64,000 nucleotides of DNA from positions 1 to 64,000 of the IMG/VR virus record IMGVR_UViG_3300032668_000011; one strand, 5' to 3'. Both the position numbers and the translations under genes were made by a program. Source of the DNA: an uncultured virus (IMG/VR IMGVR_UViG_3300032668_000011). Taxonomy: Duplodnaviria; Heunggongvirae; Uroviricota; Caudoviricetes. Below, in pieces: positions 48,274-56,528 of this stretch; position 1 is the first letter of the stretch, and every line of letters begins with the position of its first letter. The notes under the pieces were generated by a model that saw nothing but the letters and a program-made list of their open reading frames with translations, ran no database searches and was not told the origin of the DNA.

Positions 48274-48344
48274 TCAACGCGCCGGGATTCGAACCCGGGT
48301 TTCCTGCTTGTGATGCAGGCGCTCTGCCGTTGAGCTACGCATTG
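48274..48344 (-). tRNA. tRNA-Val(CAC)
   Basis: Loop ATCACAA. Confidence 0.85.
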
Positions 48345-48396
48345 AAAGGAACGCAAGTTGTCAATGAACGGGAACGTCATACTGGCGTTCCATCCG

Positions 48397-48470
48397 TCAG
48401 CGAGGGGAGATTCGAACTCCCGAAAACCTGTATCCAAAACAGGTGCCCTAGGCCTCTAGGCGACTCGCTG
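48397..48470 (-). tRNA. tRNA-Pro(TGG)
   Basis: Loop TTTGGAT. Confidence 0.85.
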
Positions 48471-48480
48471 GTCTACTTCT

Positions 48481-48660
48481 GTCTTCCGTCGGGAGTCTCT
48501 TCCCGGCTAGCCACTTTCAACCCTTTAAGGGGCGTGGCAATCGAAACGGCAGTACGCCTGAGGTATGGGACGTAAGGCAACAGACGCTTCCGCGCCGTTC
48601 GCTCTCACTCGTCCTACCTGTTAGCATACTCGACATCATTTGAATGACTCGTTTCGTAAT
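48481..48660 (-). ncRNA. Candidate structured ncRNA
   Basis: Nested helices CGAAACG/CGTTTCG, AGTATGC/GCGTACT, AGGTA/TACCT, GGACG/CGTCC, GGAA apex. Confidence 0.5.
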
Positions 48661-48667
48661 CTATCTA

Positions 48668-48745
48668 TGGTGATCCCAAGGGGATTCGAACCCCTATTTC
48701 TGCGATGAGAACGCAGCTGCCTAAGCCGTTAGCAATGATGGGACC
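48668..48745 (-). tRNA. tRNA-Glu(CTC)
   Basis: Loop TTCTCAT, CCA encoded. Confidence 0.85.
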
Positions 48746-48749
48746 GTCG

Positions 48750-48786
48750 TGAGTATACATTACCCTCTTCAAGAAGAGGTGTACAC
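48750..48786 (-). promoter_or_regulatory. Promoter heading the tRNA array
   Basis: GTGTAC-N18-TAATGT just upstream of tRNA-Glu. Confidence 0.6.
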
Positions 48787-48804
48787 GGAAAACGCTTCAC
48801 ACGT

Positions 48805-49077
48805 TCACTTTGTTATGGGCTGTTTCACTATCTTCAACAATGCACCCTGTGTCCATCCACTTCCGTCAGGCCCAAGAACGTACACGTCACGGCCATCAAG
48901 TCCCTTGACGGCGATGACCAACGCAACGTTTCCAACCTTGAGCTTTGCAATGTGACGCAGATCCTTGCCGAAATATGCGCCGCCGGGCATGTTCGTCAGT
49001 TCAATCTCTCCATTGTCAGAAGTTGCTGACCATTCATGGGGCGTGACGAGTTGACCTGCCTTGAACAGTGATGTCAT
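48805..49077 (-). CDS. Hypothetical protein
   Basis: ATGA-coupled ORF. Confidence 0.6.
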   Translation of the reverse strand: MTSLFKAGQLVTPHEWSATSDNGEIELTNMPGGAYFGKDLRHIAKLKVGNVALVIAVKGLDGRDVYVLGPDGSGWTQGALLKIVKQPITK

Positions 49078-49337
49078 TCTTCGTCGTTGCCGTCCTTCTC
49101 CTTCTTACTTAGGATCGTCTCCAGCGCTGCGAGACCTTCGTTGAGAATCTTCGAACACGTCCAGATCAGCGACGTAATGACGAAGATGATGACAGCCTTC
49201 TCACCCTTGCCGGCGCAGTCGACCACCATTCCAGCAATGACGATGAGCATGAAGGCGACCTTGATGAAGACACCGAAAGTGCCTCCGAACAAAGGGTTTT
49301 CGGGATCGTGAGGGTGAGGCTTAGGCATGATGTTCAT
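49074..49337 (-). CDS. Small membrane protein
   Basis: Two hydrophobic segments; GGAGG SD. Confidence 0.6.
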   Translation of the reverse strand: MNIMPKPHPHDPENPLFGGTFGVFIKVAFMLIVIAGMVVDCAGKGEKAVIIFVITSLIWTCSKILNEGLAALETILSKKEKDGNDEE

Positions 49338-49343
49338 GATGAA

Positions 49344-50858
49344 TTACCTCCATGCGCCCGTCATGGGCCGTTCCTTGCTGAGAAAGATCTGAATCTCGTT
49401 CGACGGGAAGTGAAGATTGCATCCTTGGCCGAGAACCCAACCCCGACGAACGCGGCTCGACTCAGGCGCAGGTGCCTGACCGTCAGTCATGATTAGCATT
49501 CCGTCCCACCGACCACGATTCTTCGTGCTGTTCACGACCTTCGTGGGAGCGTCAAAATTCGTTCCGCCGCTCTTGACGCGGGTGAGTAGCGGGTTCGTGC
49601 CCTTTTTCCATTCGAAGATGTCCTTGTCACTGCAACTGCAGTCGAACGGGAGGATCGAGATGTCGACCTTCTTCGTAAGCTGCGTCAATTCAGCAAAGAA
49701 CATCTCAAGCATCTCATTGCCTACAGAACCTGACATGTCGATTGCAACGATAAGCTTTGCAACGTACCCTCTCTTGAGACCCGGGTGGATGTACGGGTAG
49801 CGCCTATTGATGCGCTTGATCGACGTTGTCCGTGTTCCGCGAACAAGCATGCCAACGAACTGCCTGAGAACTCCCCGCCAGTCGACGATGTTCGACACTG
49901 AGCGACGAATCTGCTCACGGATGTCCATCGGAATCGATCCCCAACCTTCGGTCTGGCTGTCTGCGTGGCGCACAGCCTTCTCAACGAGCGACTTGCGCTT
50001 TCCCTCGATGTACTCACGTTCTTCTTCGGTGATGTTCTTCCACGCGCTGTGATCGTCCATCGATGGGATCGCAACGTAGATGTCACCTCCACTGCCGGCA
50101 TCGCCTTCACCACCATCGTCCGATTGTTCCTCACCTCCCGGACCAGGATCGCCTTTTCCCGGATCGCCATCATTTCCGGGCGAGCCTTTTCCCTTGCCAC
50201 CTTTTCCCGGTTTCTTTCCCTTCCTTTTCGACTTTGAGTTCGACTGCATCTTCAGGTACTCATTGAAGTAGTACTCTGACGACATCAAAGGAGGAAGTCC
50301 TACGATGAAGTCCGCGAGCTCATTCGTCGCTTCCTGCTGCCACTTGGGCAACGTATCGAAGATCTCAGGATCGATCCACGGGCGTTGACCAGGGACGAGG
50401 GCACACCTCGGAAGCGGTCGTGCGACCTCGCCTGGTTTCAGGTCGCGAGGCATCTCAGCGCTCTTCACGATCAGAGAATCGATGCCGCAATCTGTGGCGA
50501 TGTTCCAACCGTCGGAGGGTTCACGAACACGAGCGCTCAGGTGACCGAAGACGATGTGATCGAGCTCGTGCTCGATAACGCCCTGAATCTCCCAGTTGGT
50601 GAGTCGCTCCATCTTCCTGACACGCTTTTTCTTGTCGTGCGGGCTGACCCACTCACCGCCGGTCATGAACGTCGGATTCACGAACAGCACGAGCTCATCT
50701 GCAGACTTGTCGTAGCAGACAGCGGCTGTCGGAATGTCAAACGTGAAATGCTTGTGAATGTGACGCGACAACTCCGAATAGAACGGATTGTTAGCGAGGA
50801 ACGGGATCAGGTGACGTGACAGGTTGAAGTCGACTTTGTCATCGCATACCGTGAACAT
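49344..50858 (-). CDS. Metallopeptidase-vWA protein (DUF2201-like)
   Basis: HELDH, WNIATD, DDHSAW, AIDMSGS MIDAS, GGTNF, MTDG. Confidence 0.85.
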   Translation of the reverse strand: MFTVCDDKVDFNLSRHLIPFLANNPFYSELSRHIHKHFTFDIPTAAVCYDKSADELVLFVNPTFMTGGEWVSPHDKKKRVRKMERLTNWEIQGVIEHELDHIVFGHLSARVREPSDGWNIATDCGIDSLIVKSAEMPRDLKPGEVARPLPRCALVPGQRPWIDPEIFDTLPKWQQEATNELADFIVGLPPLMSSEYYFNEYLKMQSNSKSKRKGKKPGKGGKGKGSPGNDGDPGKGDPGPGGEEQSDDGGEGDAGSGGDIYVAIPSMDDHSAWKNITEEEREYIEGKRKSLVEKAVRHADSQTEGWGSIPMDIREQIRRSVSNIVDWRGVLRQFVGMLVRGTRTTSIKRINRRYPYIHPGLKRGYVAKLIVAIDMSGSVGNEMLEMFFAELTQLTKKVDISILPFDCSCSDKDIFEWKKGTNPLLTRVKSGGTNFDAPTKVVNSTKNRGRWDGMLIMTDGQAPAPESSRVRRGWVLGQGCNLHFPSNEIQIFLSKERPMTGAWR

Positions 50859-50896
50859 GATTGTATCCTACCACTTTCGTTGAACGAGGTTCACTG

Positions 50897-51118
50897 TCAC
50901 GCCTTCGCTGTCCAGGCGCACCCACCGATAAAACCAACGATCCCAACGATGATCATCGACGGGAAGAAGTCAATATTCAGCAGGAACACAAGTGGGAAGC
51001 CGACGACGAAGTACGATGCAAAACAGCTCATGAGTACGTACGTTGCGTACTTGAAACCCGACGGAAACATCGAGCTCAACGCTGCACACACGAGCAAAAG
51101 TTCAAGCACGCCTGTCAT
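50897..51118 (-). CDS. Small membrane protein
   Basis: Hydrophobic; leaderless promoter upstream. Confidence 0.55.
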   Translation of the reverse strand: MTGVLELLLVCAALSSMFPSGFKYATYVLMSCFASYFVVGFPLVFLLNIDFFPSMIIVGIVGFIGGCAWTAKA

Positions 51119-51255
51119 GGTCTGATATTACCATGGCTGTCTAGGCATTGCACTGACCACTTAGGTGGTCTTGGGCGGCCCACCGTTGCCCTCACGTGGG
51201 CCTTTTGGGTCCAAGACAGGGTATCCTACCACCTGCCCGGGCAATTGTCTGTGGG

Positions 51256-51699
51256 TCAATGAAGTGTAAGAATGATCGCAATGGGCACGAGGCACACAAG
51301 ATGGAAGATTTGGTCCATCGTGATGACGAGAATGGCCCCTACGGGCGTCGACATCATTGCAATCATTGCGGACTTGTCGTCAATTCTCGTATCATCGAAC
51401 GCAGGGTGATGTCGCACGTGCTTCGCCCACCACATGACAGGCCTGTAACTGTCAATGAAAAAGTGCGTGAAGAACAGGATGCAGATGACTGCAACACATG
51501 CAAAGACGTTGATGTTCAGAGCGCATGCCCACGCCGGAAAGAACAGCAACGTGTACTCAGCGCAGTGCCGAGCTCGAACACGAGCGTCCTGTGACTTGGC
51601 AATTGCCATCTTGTGCGACTGAAACGTCCAATCAACAAAGAAGTGCCAGAGCATGAGAAGCGAGAACAATCCGCCTACTTCAGAGAAGTACCTGGTCAT
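51256..51699 (-). CDS. DUF3307-like membrane protein
   Basis: HFFVDWTFQS..H..HFFID..DQIFH. Confidence 0.75.
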   Translation of the reverse strand: MTRYFSEVGGLFSLLMLWHFFVDWTFQSHKMAIAKSQDARVRARHCAEYTLLFFPAWACALNINVFACVAVICILFFTHFFIDSYRPVMWWAKHVRHHPAFDDTRIDDKSAMIAMMSTPVGAILVITMDQIFHLVCLVPIAIILTLH

Positions 51700-51965
51700 G
51701 TGTCCTTCTTCTTTGCAATGTTCGAACGTGGTTGACCAAGCTTGAGGTTGCCACTTTTCTGTCGTTGGAGGCGATTGACCTTGAACTTCTCGCCCTTGTA
51801 GACGATCGTCTGGTTGCCCACGTCATCGTTCATGACAGTCCGTGTCACGCTCTCCTCAATCAGATCACCCGTCTTCAGCTCGACAACGTCAAACGTCACC
51901 TTCCAATGGTTCTCAGCGCGAGCGGTGCTCTCACCTGCCGGGCACATCTTGGGAGAGTAACCCAT
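51696..51965 (-). CDS. Hypothetical protein
   Basis: Translationally coupled ORF. Confidence 0.55.
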   Translation of the reverse strand: MGYSPKMCPAGESTARAENHWKVTFDVVELKTGDLIEESVTRTVMNDDVGNQTIVYKGEKFKVNRLQRQKSGNLKLGQPRSNIAKKKDT

Positions 51966-52837
51966 CAACCGCCTTTATTCTCGTAGAGGGAAGTCTGGAC
52001 ATGCTTACGGAACAGATCTGACGTCCTCTTCCCGATCGCCTTTCGCGCGTCCTTCGAGTCGACGATCTCACCTGCACCTTCACGGGTGACGTCCTCGACC
52101 ATCGCGACGATGACATCCTTCATGCGATCGAGACCGATCCCGGGATCGAGCTTGTCGAGGACGTGCTGCAACCGCGTAGGTGTGACCCACTCGTTCGCGA
52201 TATCATCAGCAGCCTCGAGCACCGCTAGCTTCGCAGGGTCGCCGACCTCGCGAGGCTTCGCTGTCTCACGTTCTTCGGCGCGCTTGTGCTTGCAGATGAC
52301 GCGAGACCCGTCGTTCGTCTTGAATTCCTTCACTGGACGCAGTACGACCCCTTCACGGGGTTGATCGCCTTCGATCCCCCTGCGCTTTGCGACGATGGAC
52401 GGTGCATCACGCTCAGCGTCGATCGCCTCGAACGTGGACGGGATGCGCTTGTACGGGACGAACTCGAGACCCATGCGCTCGACAATCTGACATGCGTTGT
52501 CCTGGTCGAGCCAGCAGTCGCCCACCTTGACCTCGAACGCAATGAAACACAGCGTCTTTCCGTAGCGCCACGACTGTCCTTGCTGCTTTCCGCCGTACGC
52601 CTCACCAAAGATCACGATCTCAGGATGACCGATCGCCTCGAAGCCAGCCTTGAGCGCATCAACGTCAAAGATCTTGACGAAGTTATCGTGTTTCTCACCG
52701 CCGGCGAAAAGGTGCACGGTGCCCTCCTTCCACGAGATGTGCGCGGACGTGCCGTGCACCTTCTCAGAAGCAAAGAGTTCCTTGAAAAGGAGGAAGTCTT
52801 GTTCCTTGTATGCGTTCGCAATGTGCATGTATCCCAT
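51965..52837 (-). CDS. RNA ligase, Rnl2-like
   Basis: SEKVHGT, FGE, FE, EGVVLRP, KHK; C-terminal VT..RL..VL.K domain. Confidence 0.85.
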   Translation of the reverse strand: MGYMHIANAYKEQDFLLFKELFASEKVHGTSAHISWKEGTVHLFAGGEKHDNFVKIFDVDALKAGFEAIGHPEIVIFGEAYGGKQQGQSWRYGKTLCFIAFEVKVGDCWLDQDNACQIVERMGLEFVPYKRIPSTFEAIDAERDAPSIVAKRRGIEGDQPREGVVLRPVKEFKTNDGSRVICKHKRAEERETAKPREVGDPAKLAVLEAADDIANEWVTPTRLQHVLDKLDPGIGLDRMKDVIVAMVEDVTREGAGEIVDSKDARKAIGKRTSDLFRKHVQTSLYENKGG

Positions 52838-52857
52838 AGTGTGTCTCCGTAATGATA

Positions 52858-53112
52858 TTAGATGCCTTCTACCGTGGCTCCGACAGCTGCAAACCTCTCG
52901 TATAGTTCACACGCCTCGCGGCGAGAGACGCAGCGTAGAATGCACACGCGTTCGCCCGCCCGGACTCGATTGTAGGCCTTGATGACGTCAGCCAGAGGCC
53001 GAGGTAGTCTGTTATCACCATGGTGAAATTCCCTGATGAGTTTTAGTATCGCAAGCTTGTCACCGTCGACGCATGTGAGGTACGTATCGAACGTAGGAAC
53101 AGGATCTGGCAA
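52858..53112 (-). CDS. Ribosomal protein L7/L12 C-terminal domain-like protein
   Basis: FDTYL...DKLAILKLIRE ... VSRREACELYERFAAVGATVE aligns by eye to the L12 CTD. Confidence 0.65.
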   Translation of the reverse strand: MPDPVPTFDTYLTCVDGDKLAILKLIREFHHGDNRLPRPLADVIKAYNRVRAGERVCILRCVSRREACELYERFAAVGATVEGI

Positions 53113-53315
53113 GATCTCGTACGGACCGGCATCATACGTTCTGCATCATCGTACTCAACGATCTCGTATCGAAGATCCTCATGCGGTGACATCACGTACT
53201 TCATCGTGAGTGCTTCACACATGACGTCAGCCTTCTCACGCTCCCTTATGCCTTCAGCGATCTTGTGATGACCTATGCGACCTACCCCTGTGCCACTTCT
53301 GGACTCGACAATCAA
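53043..53315 (-). CDS. Hypothetical protein (possible 5' frameshift)
   Basis: TTG-start ORF; an SD-preceded ATG at 53326 is out of frame. Confidence 0.4.
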   Translation of the reverse strand: MIVESRSGTGVGRIGHHKIAEGIREREKADVMCEALTMKYVMSPHEDLRYEIVEYDDAERMMPVRTRSCQILFLRSIRTSHASTVTSLRY

Positions 53316-53333
53316 AACAGTTTCATGTGTCCC

Positions 53334-53504
53334 TCACGGATCCCACGTCATCCCGCGGGCTTTCTTTTCGTGTCGTGTGAGAAGCCACCACACGAGAGCA
53401 ACCAACTGCCTGTGACTCATCTCGTCAATGTCGTGCAGCTTAAGCGACCTTGCGAGCCTCAGCAGGTTCTCGTGCTTAGCTCGCTTGAGGTCTGACTTTT
53501 TCAT
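53334..53504 (-). CDS. 56-aa Rho-N-like helical protein
   Basis: MKKSDLKRAKHENLLRLARSLKLHDIDEMSHRQLV; ATGA coupling to the upstream gene. Confidence 0.5.
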   Translation of the reverse strand: MKKSDLKRAKHENLLRLARSLKLHDIDEMSHRQLVALVWWLLTRHEKKARGMTWDP

Positions 53505-53785
53505 CGTTGAGGGTTGTTGCCGTTCTTCCTACCTTGCAATGCAACACGCATGATAGCAGGAATCTCCTTGTTGGGATCCGGGATCTCATGCTTAGCATAG
53601 CACACAGCGCAGGTAAGGTAGTACGTGTAGTAGCTCTTGCCCGATTCTGGTTCTCGCATGTCACAGTATCCTTCATGGAACTGTGTCATGACATCATCAG
53701 CGTCAGCTTCAAGCTCTGACTCGCACTTGGCACATGTGAACCGGTGTCTCCAGTTCGACCAGTCAACCTTCTTGATGATCTTCAT
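53501..53785 (-). CDS. Zinc-ribbon protein
   Basis: CAKC..CAVC. Confidence 0.6.
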   Translation of the reverse strand: MKIIKKVDWSNWRHRFTCAKCESELEADADDVMTQFHEGYCDMREPESGKSYYTYYLTCAVCYAKHEIPDPNKEIPAIMRVALQGRKNGNNPQR

Positions 53786-53786
53786 C

Positions 53787-53990
53787 CTACACCTTCTTCT
53801 GTACCTCGATGTACGCCGCGAGGGCCTTGAAGAGCTTCTCTGCGTCGGACGGGATCAGAGAGAATCTGACAGTGCGTCCAGGGTTGTAGCGAGGTTGCAT
53901 CTCAAAAGAGAACTCTCCCTTTGAGGTTTCCGCGCCCGGGTCGATGATGTGCATTTGTACAACTTTTTGTCCTTCATTTTCAATCATCAT
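53787..53990 (-). CDS. Hypothetical protein
   Basis: AAGGA SD; coupled ORF. Confidence 0.55.
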   Translation of the reverse strand: MMIENEGQKVVQMHIIDPGAETSKGEFSFEMQPRYNPGRTVRFSLIPSDAEKLFKALAAYIEVQKKV

Positions 53991-54375
53991 GAACTTCCTT
54001 TGCTAGCCAGTGTGATTTGTTTGCGTATTGTAGAACGCGCTTTAGATAATCAAAATTCTCAATGATTCCAAGATTCAAATTACAACGTGCATGCAACAAA
54101 CCTCTGACCGTGTTTGTCTGATGATCGTGATCAATGTATGGTGGCATGTTTGGCGTAAACGGTTTCAAACATATCAAACACACACCTTTACATGCAATCA
54201 ACAACGCATCATACGCAGGTTTCCCAATACCATACATTTGACATAGACGAGTATCACTCGTTGGTGCACACGTATAGCAAAATGCGCGCTTGTTGCCAAC
54301 AGCATAATGATCAAATTCATTACCACATACACGACAAATTAAGCGTCTAGGAATTCGTCGAACACCTCTAGTCAT
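53980..54375 (-). CDS. Endonuclease VII-like protein
   Basis: YGI..CLIC..IDHDHQTNTVRGLLHARCNLNLG; AT-rich. Confidence 0.85.
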   Translation of the reverse strand: MTRGVRRIPRRLICRVCGNEFDHYAVGNKRAFCYTCAPTSDTRLCQMYGIGKPAYDALLIACKGVCLICLKPFTPNMPPYIDHDHQTNTVRGLLHARCNLNLGIIENFDYLKRVLQYANKSHWLAKEVHDD

Positions 54376-54412
54376 GGTCACCACTGTACCACCTCGGGGC
54401 CACAAATTTCAC

Positions 54413-54628
54413 TCACCAGAGGTCCCATGTGCTCATCGTGGGGGCGTTGAAGCACTCGTCATCGAAACTCTCAGGATCGAGGACGAATCTCCGGGTAATG
54501 CGATTGAGTGCGCGCCGGTGGCGCCTGTTTGCTATCCTCTTGTGATCGCGGATACACTGTGATGAGATGCAGGCATAACGCTTGACGTGGCTGCAGTCTG
54601 CCTGGACTGCGGGCTTTGATGTGATCAT
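54413..54628 (-). CDS. Small basic hypothetical protein
   Basis: AAGGAG SD. Confidence 0.55.
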   Translation of the reverse strand: MITSKPAVQADCSHVKRYACISSQCIRDHKRIANRRHRRALNRITRRFVLDPESFDDECFNAPTMSTWDLW

Positions 54629-54694
54629 GGACAGGGTCTCCTTTCGAGCACCCTAAAGCATGTCACCCTCCATCATCATGATCGTACCTATCAC

Positions 54695-54987
54695 TCACTC
54701 GTGCGGATAGCCTTCAAACTGAGGCTCTTCGCCATGAAGAAACCAGCGTTCGGCCTCGTAGTTCCAGTGCCTGATGTCGTGAAGGTTGAATTCGAACATG
54801 TAACTTCGAAGCTGAACGCAAAACGACAACCCGGCGTGGTTGCCACGAGAATTGATGTGCAGGTAGCAATCGAATCCCTTGAACGTCGTGCCAGTCTGAT
54901 AACCGACCTCGAGCGCCTTGTTGCGTCCCAACGGCCTTGAGAAGTACTTGTGCATTGTGTTGTCTCCGTAGCTATCGAACCGCATGA
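54695..54987 (-). CDS. Hypothetical protein
   Basis: ORF; start uncertain. Confidence 0.5.
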
Positions 54988-54993
54988 ATGATC

Positions 54994-55341
54994 TCAGATG
55001 AACTGGTGCCAGACGTAGCACACGAGCAGGAACCACGGGTAGACGAACGCAATGTCTAAGAACTTCCAGAAGATGCTGTTCGCAATTGCCTCGTTAAGAG
55101 CGTCTTTCTTCTTGTCGTCAGACGTCTTCGTGTCAAGATCAGGCTTCTTTGTAATGCCCGCAACGTACGAAAAGATCGAGATGAAGAGCATGAGTCCAAC
55201 TGCATGCCACATGTTCACCTGCAGATCCGTGAACCTGCCGAGGATGAACCACAACCAGAGCTTAGCGATGATGAATCCCGCAAAGATGTCACGGACGATG
55301 CCGAATGCCAACGAAACAAGTCCGCCGAATAGTGTAACCAT
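54994..55341 (-). CDS. Membrane protein
   Basis: Three hydrophobic segments; leaderless promoter. Confidence 0.6.
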   Translation of the reverse strand: MVTLFGGLVSLAFGIVRDIFAGFIIAKLWLWFILGRFTDLQVNMWHAVGLMLFISIFSYVAGITKKPDLDTKTSDDKKKDALNEAIANSIFWKFLDIAFVYPWFLLVCYVWHQFI

Positions 55342-55358
55342 GCGTCAATCGTACATCA

Positions 55359-56210
55359 TCACGGGATGTCTTTACACCCGCGTGTACCCGTCTCATACCA
55401 CGCGAATCCCTCATAGTGAGCGACAGTCATCGGTCGGGCTCGACCCCGAACCCCTTGGATGTGGCCGCCCTTGAGGCCTGAGTGGTACGGACGTCCGCTC
55501 TCGTTGACGACCCATTCGTCGATATTTCCAACCTGATCGTGCACGCCAAATGGACTGACACACGTGTCACGTGTCCCAGACGGCTCAAGAAGGTTGTCGA
55601 GCGCTTTCGCCTCAGGCCCATCAGATGTCGTCGCCTTGAATACGTCCAGGCCCCGGGGCAGGAAATTGTCAGTGTTGCAAGCGTTCCTGTTGCGATGGTA
55701 ACCGTCGCCGTACGGGTACGGATGCATGTCAGGACCTTCGGCGGCGAACGTCCATTCGCTGTCAGTGCACAGACGCTTTCCGATCGCCTCGAGCTCACGC
55801 TTAGCGTCGTACCACGTCATCCACGACCTCGGACGGGTACCCAAAGTGTTAGGAAATTCAAAGCGATCAATGCAGAAATGTTTGTGCAACGTGTGCTCTG
55901 ACAAACACCGAGTTGGGAACTTGAATTCTCCGCATCGACCAACTTCGGGACCCATCTGATCCGGATCTTCTGTGGGTTCTCCTTTGATGTCGACCCAACG
56001 CAGGCACACCTCTTCAACCTGCGGGCAATACTCACCGTCTACCTCTACCATGTCATCCGGGCACACAGACCGACCCACGTATTCATTGACAGGCACGGAT
56101 GGTGTATCTACGGTCGCTGCAACACGCAAATTTTCAATCGGTTGGGCACCAAATCCTGGTAGCGCGACACCCGCACAGACAAAAGCCCCGACGATTACAA
56201 CTCTTTTCAT
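55359..56210 (-). CDS. Secreted FGE-sulfatase (SUMF1/PvdO-like) domain protein
   Basis: CPDDMVEV, FCIDRFE, KRLCTDSEW..A, YPYG, SPFGVHDQVGNIDEW, G.RGC. Confidence 0.85.
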   Translation of the reverse strand: MKRVVIVGAFVCAGVALPGFGAQPIENLRVAATVDTPSVPVNEYVGRSVCPDDMVEVDGEYCPQVEEVCLRWVDIKGEPTEDPDQMGPEVGRCGEFKFPTRCLSEHTLHKHFCIDRFEFPNTLGTRPRSWMTWYDAKRELEAIGKRLCTDSEWTFAAEGPDMHPYPYGDGYHRNRNACNTDNFLPRGLDVFKATTSDGPEAKALDNLLEPSGTRDTCVSPFGVHDQVGNIDEWVVNESGRPYHSGLKGGHIQGVRGRARPMTVAHYEGFAWYETGTRGCKDIP

Positions 56211-56213
56211 CTG

Positions 56214-56528
56214 TTATTCTTCACCTTCGTAACACCGGTCGCACCAGTCACCGCTCCAACAGAGGTGTACGAATCCCAGATCAAAACTGTCGTGGGGCCC
56301 ATCGTAGTAACAGTGGTGACGTCCAAGCGACCAATATTTTGTGAACGTAATCAAGTAGTAACTCGACTTCATAAAGTGCCACTCGAGCGTCTTCGCATCC
56401 TGGTACTGCTGTGACCAGCCCAGACCAAAGAGTTCAGTGTGAAACACCCAACGCCAACCAAGGATGCTGGGTCGAGCGATACCGTCCGGACTGACGTTTC
56501 TGTCAGGCTTTGTGGCAAAGAAAATCAT
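56214..56528 (-). CDS. Hypothetical protein
   Basis: ATGA-coupled to DNA ligase. Confidence 0.6.
   Translation of the reverse strand: MIFFATKPDRNVSPDGIARPSILGWRWVFHTELFGLGWSQQYQDAKTLEWHFMKSSYYLITFTKYWSLGRHHCYYDGPHDSFDLGFVHLCWSGDWCDRCYEGEE

Noticed and set aside
48481..48660. SRP (4.5S) RNA
   Set aside because: GGAA tetraloop present but the CAGG/AGCA internal loop is absent
55359..56210. Diversity-generating retroelement targeting the FGE/CLec domain
   Set aside because: No reverse transcriptase or adenine-variant template repeat seen in the window
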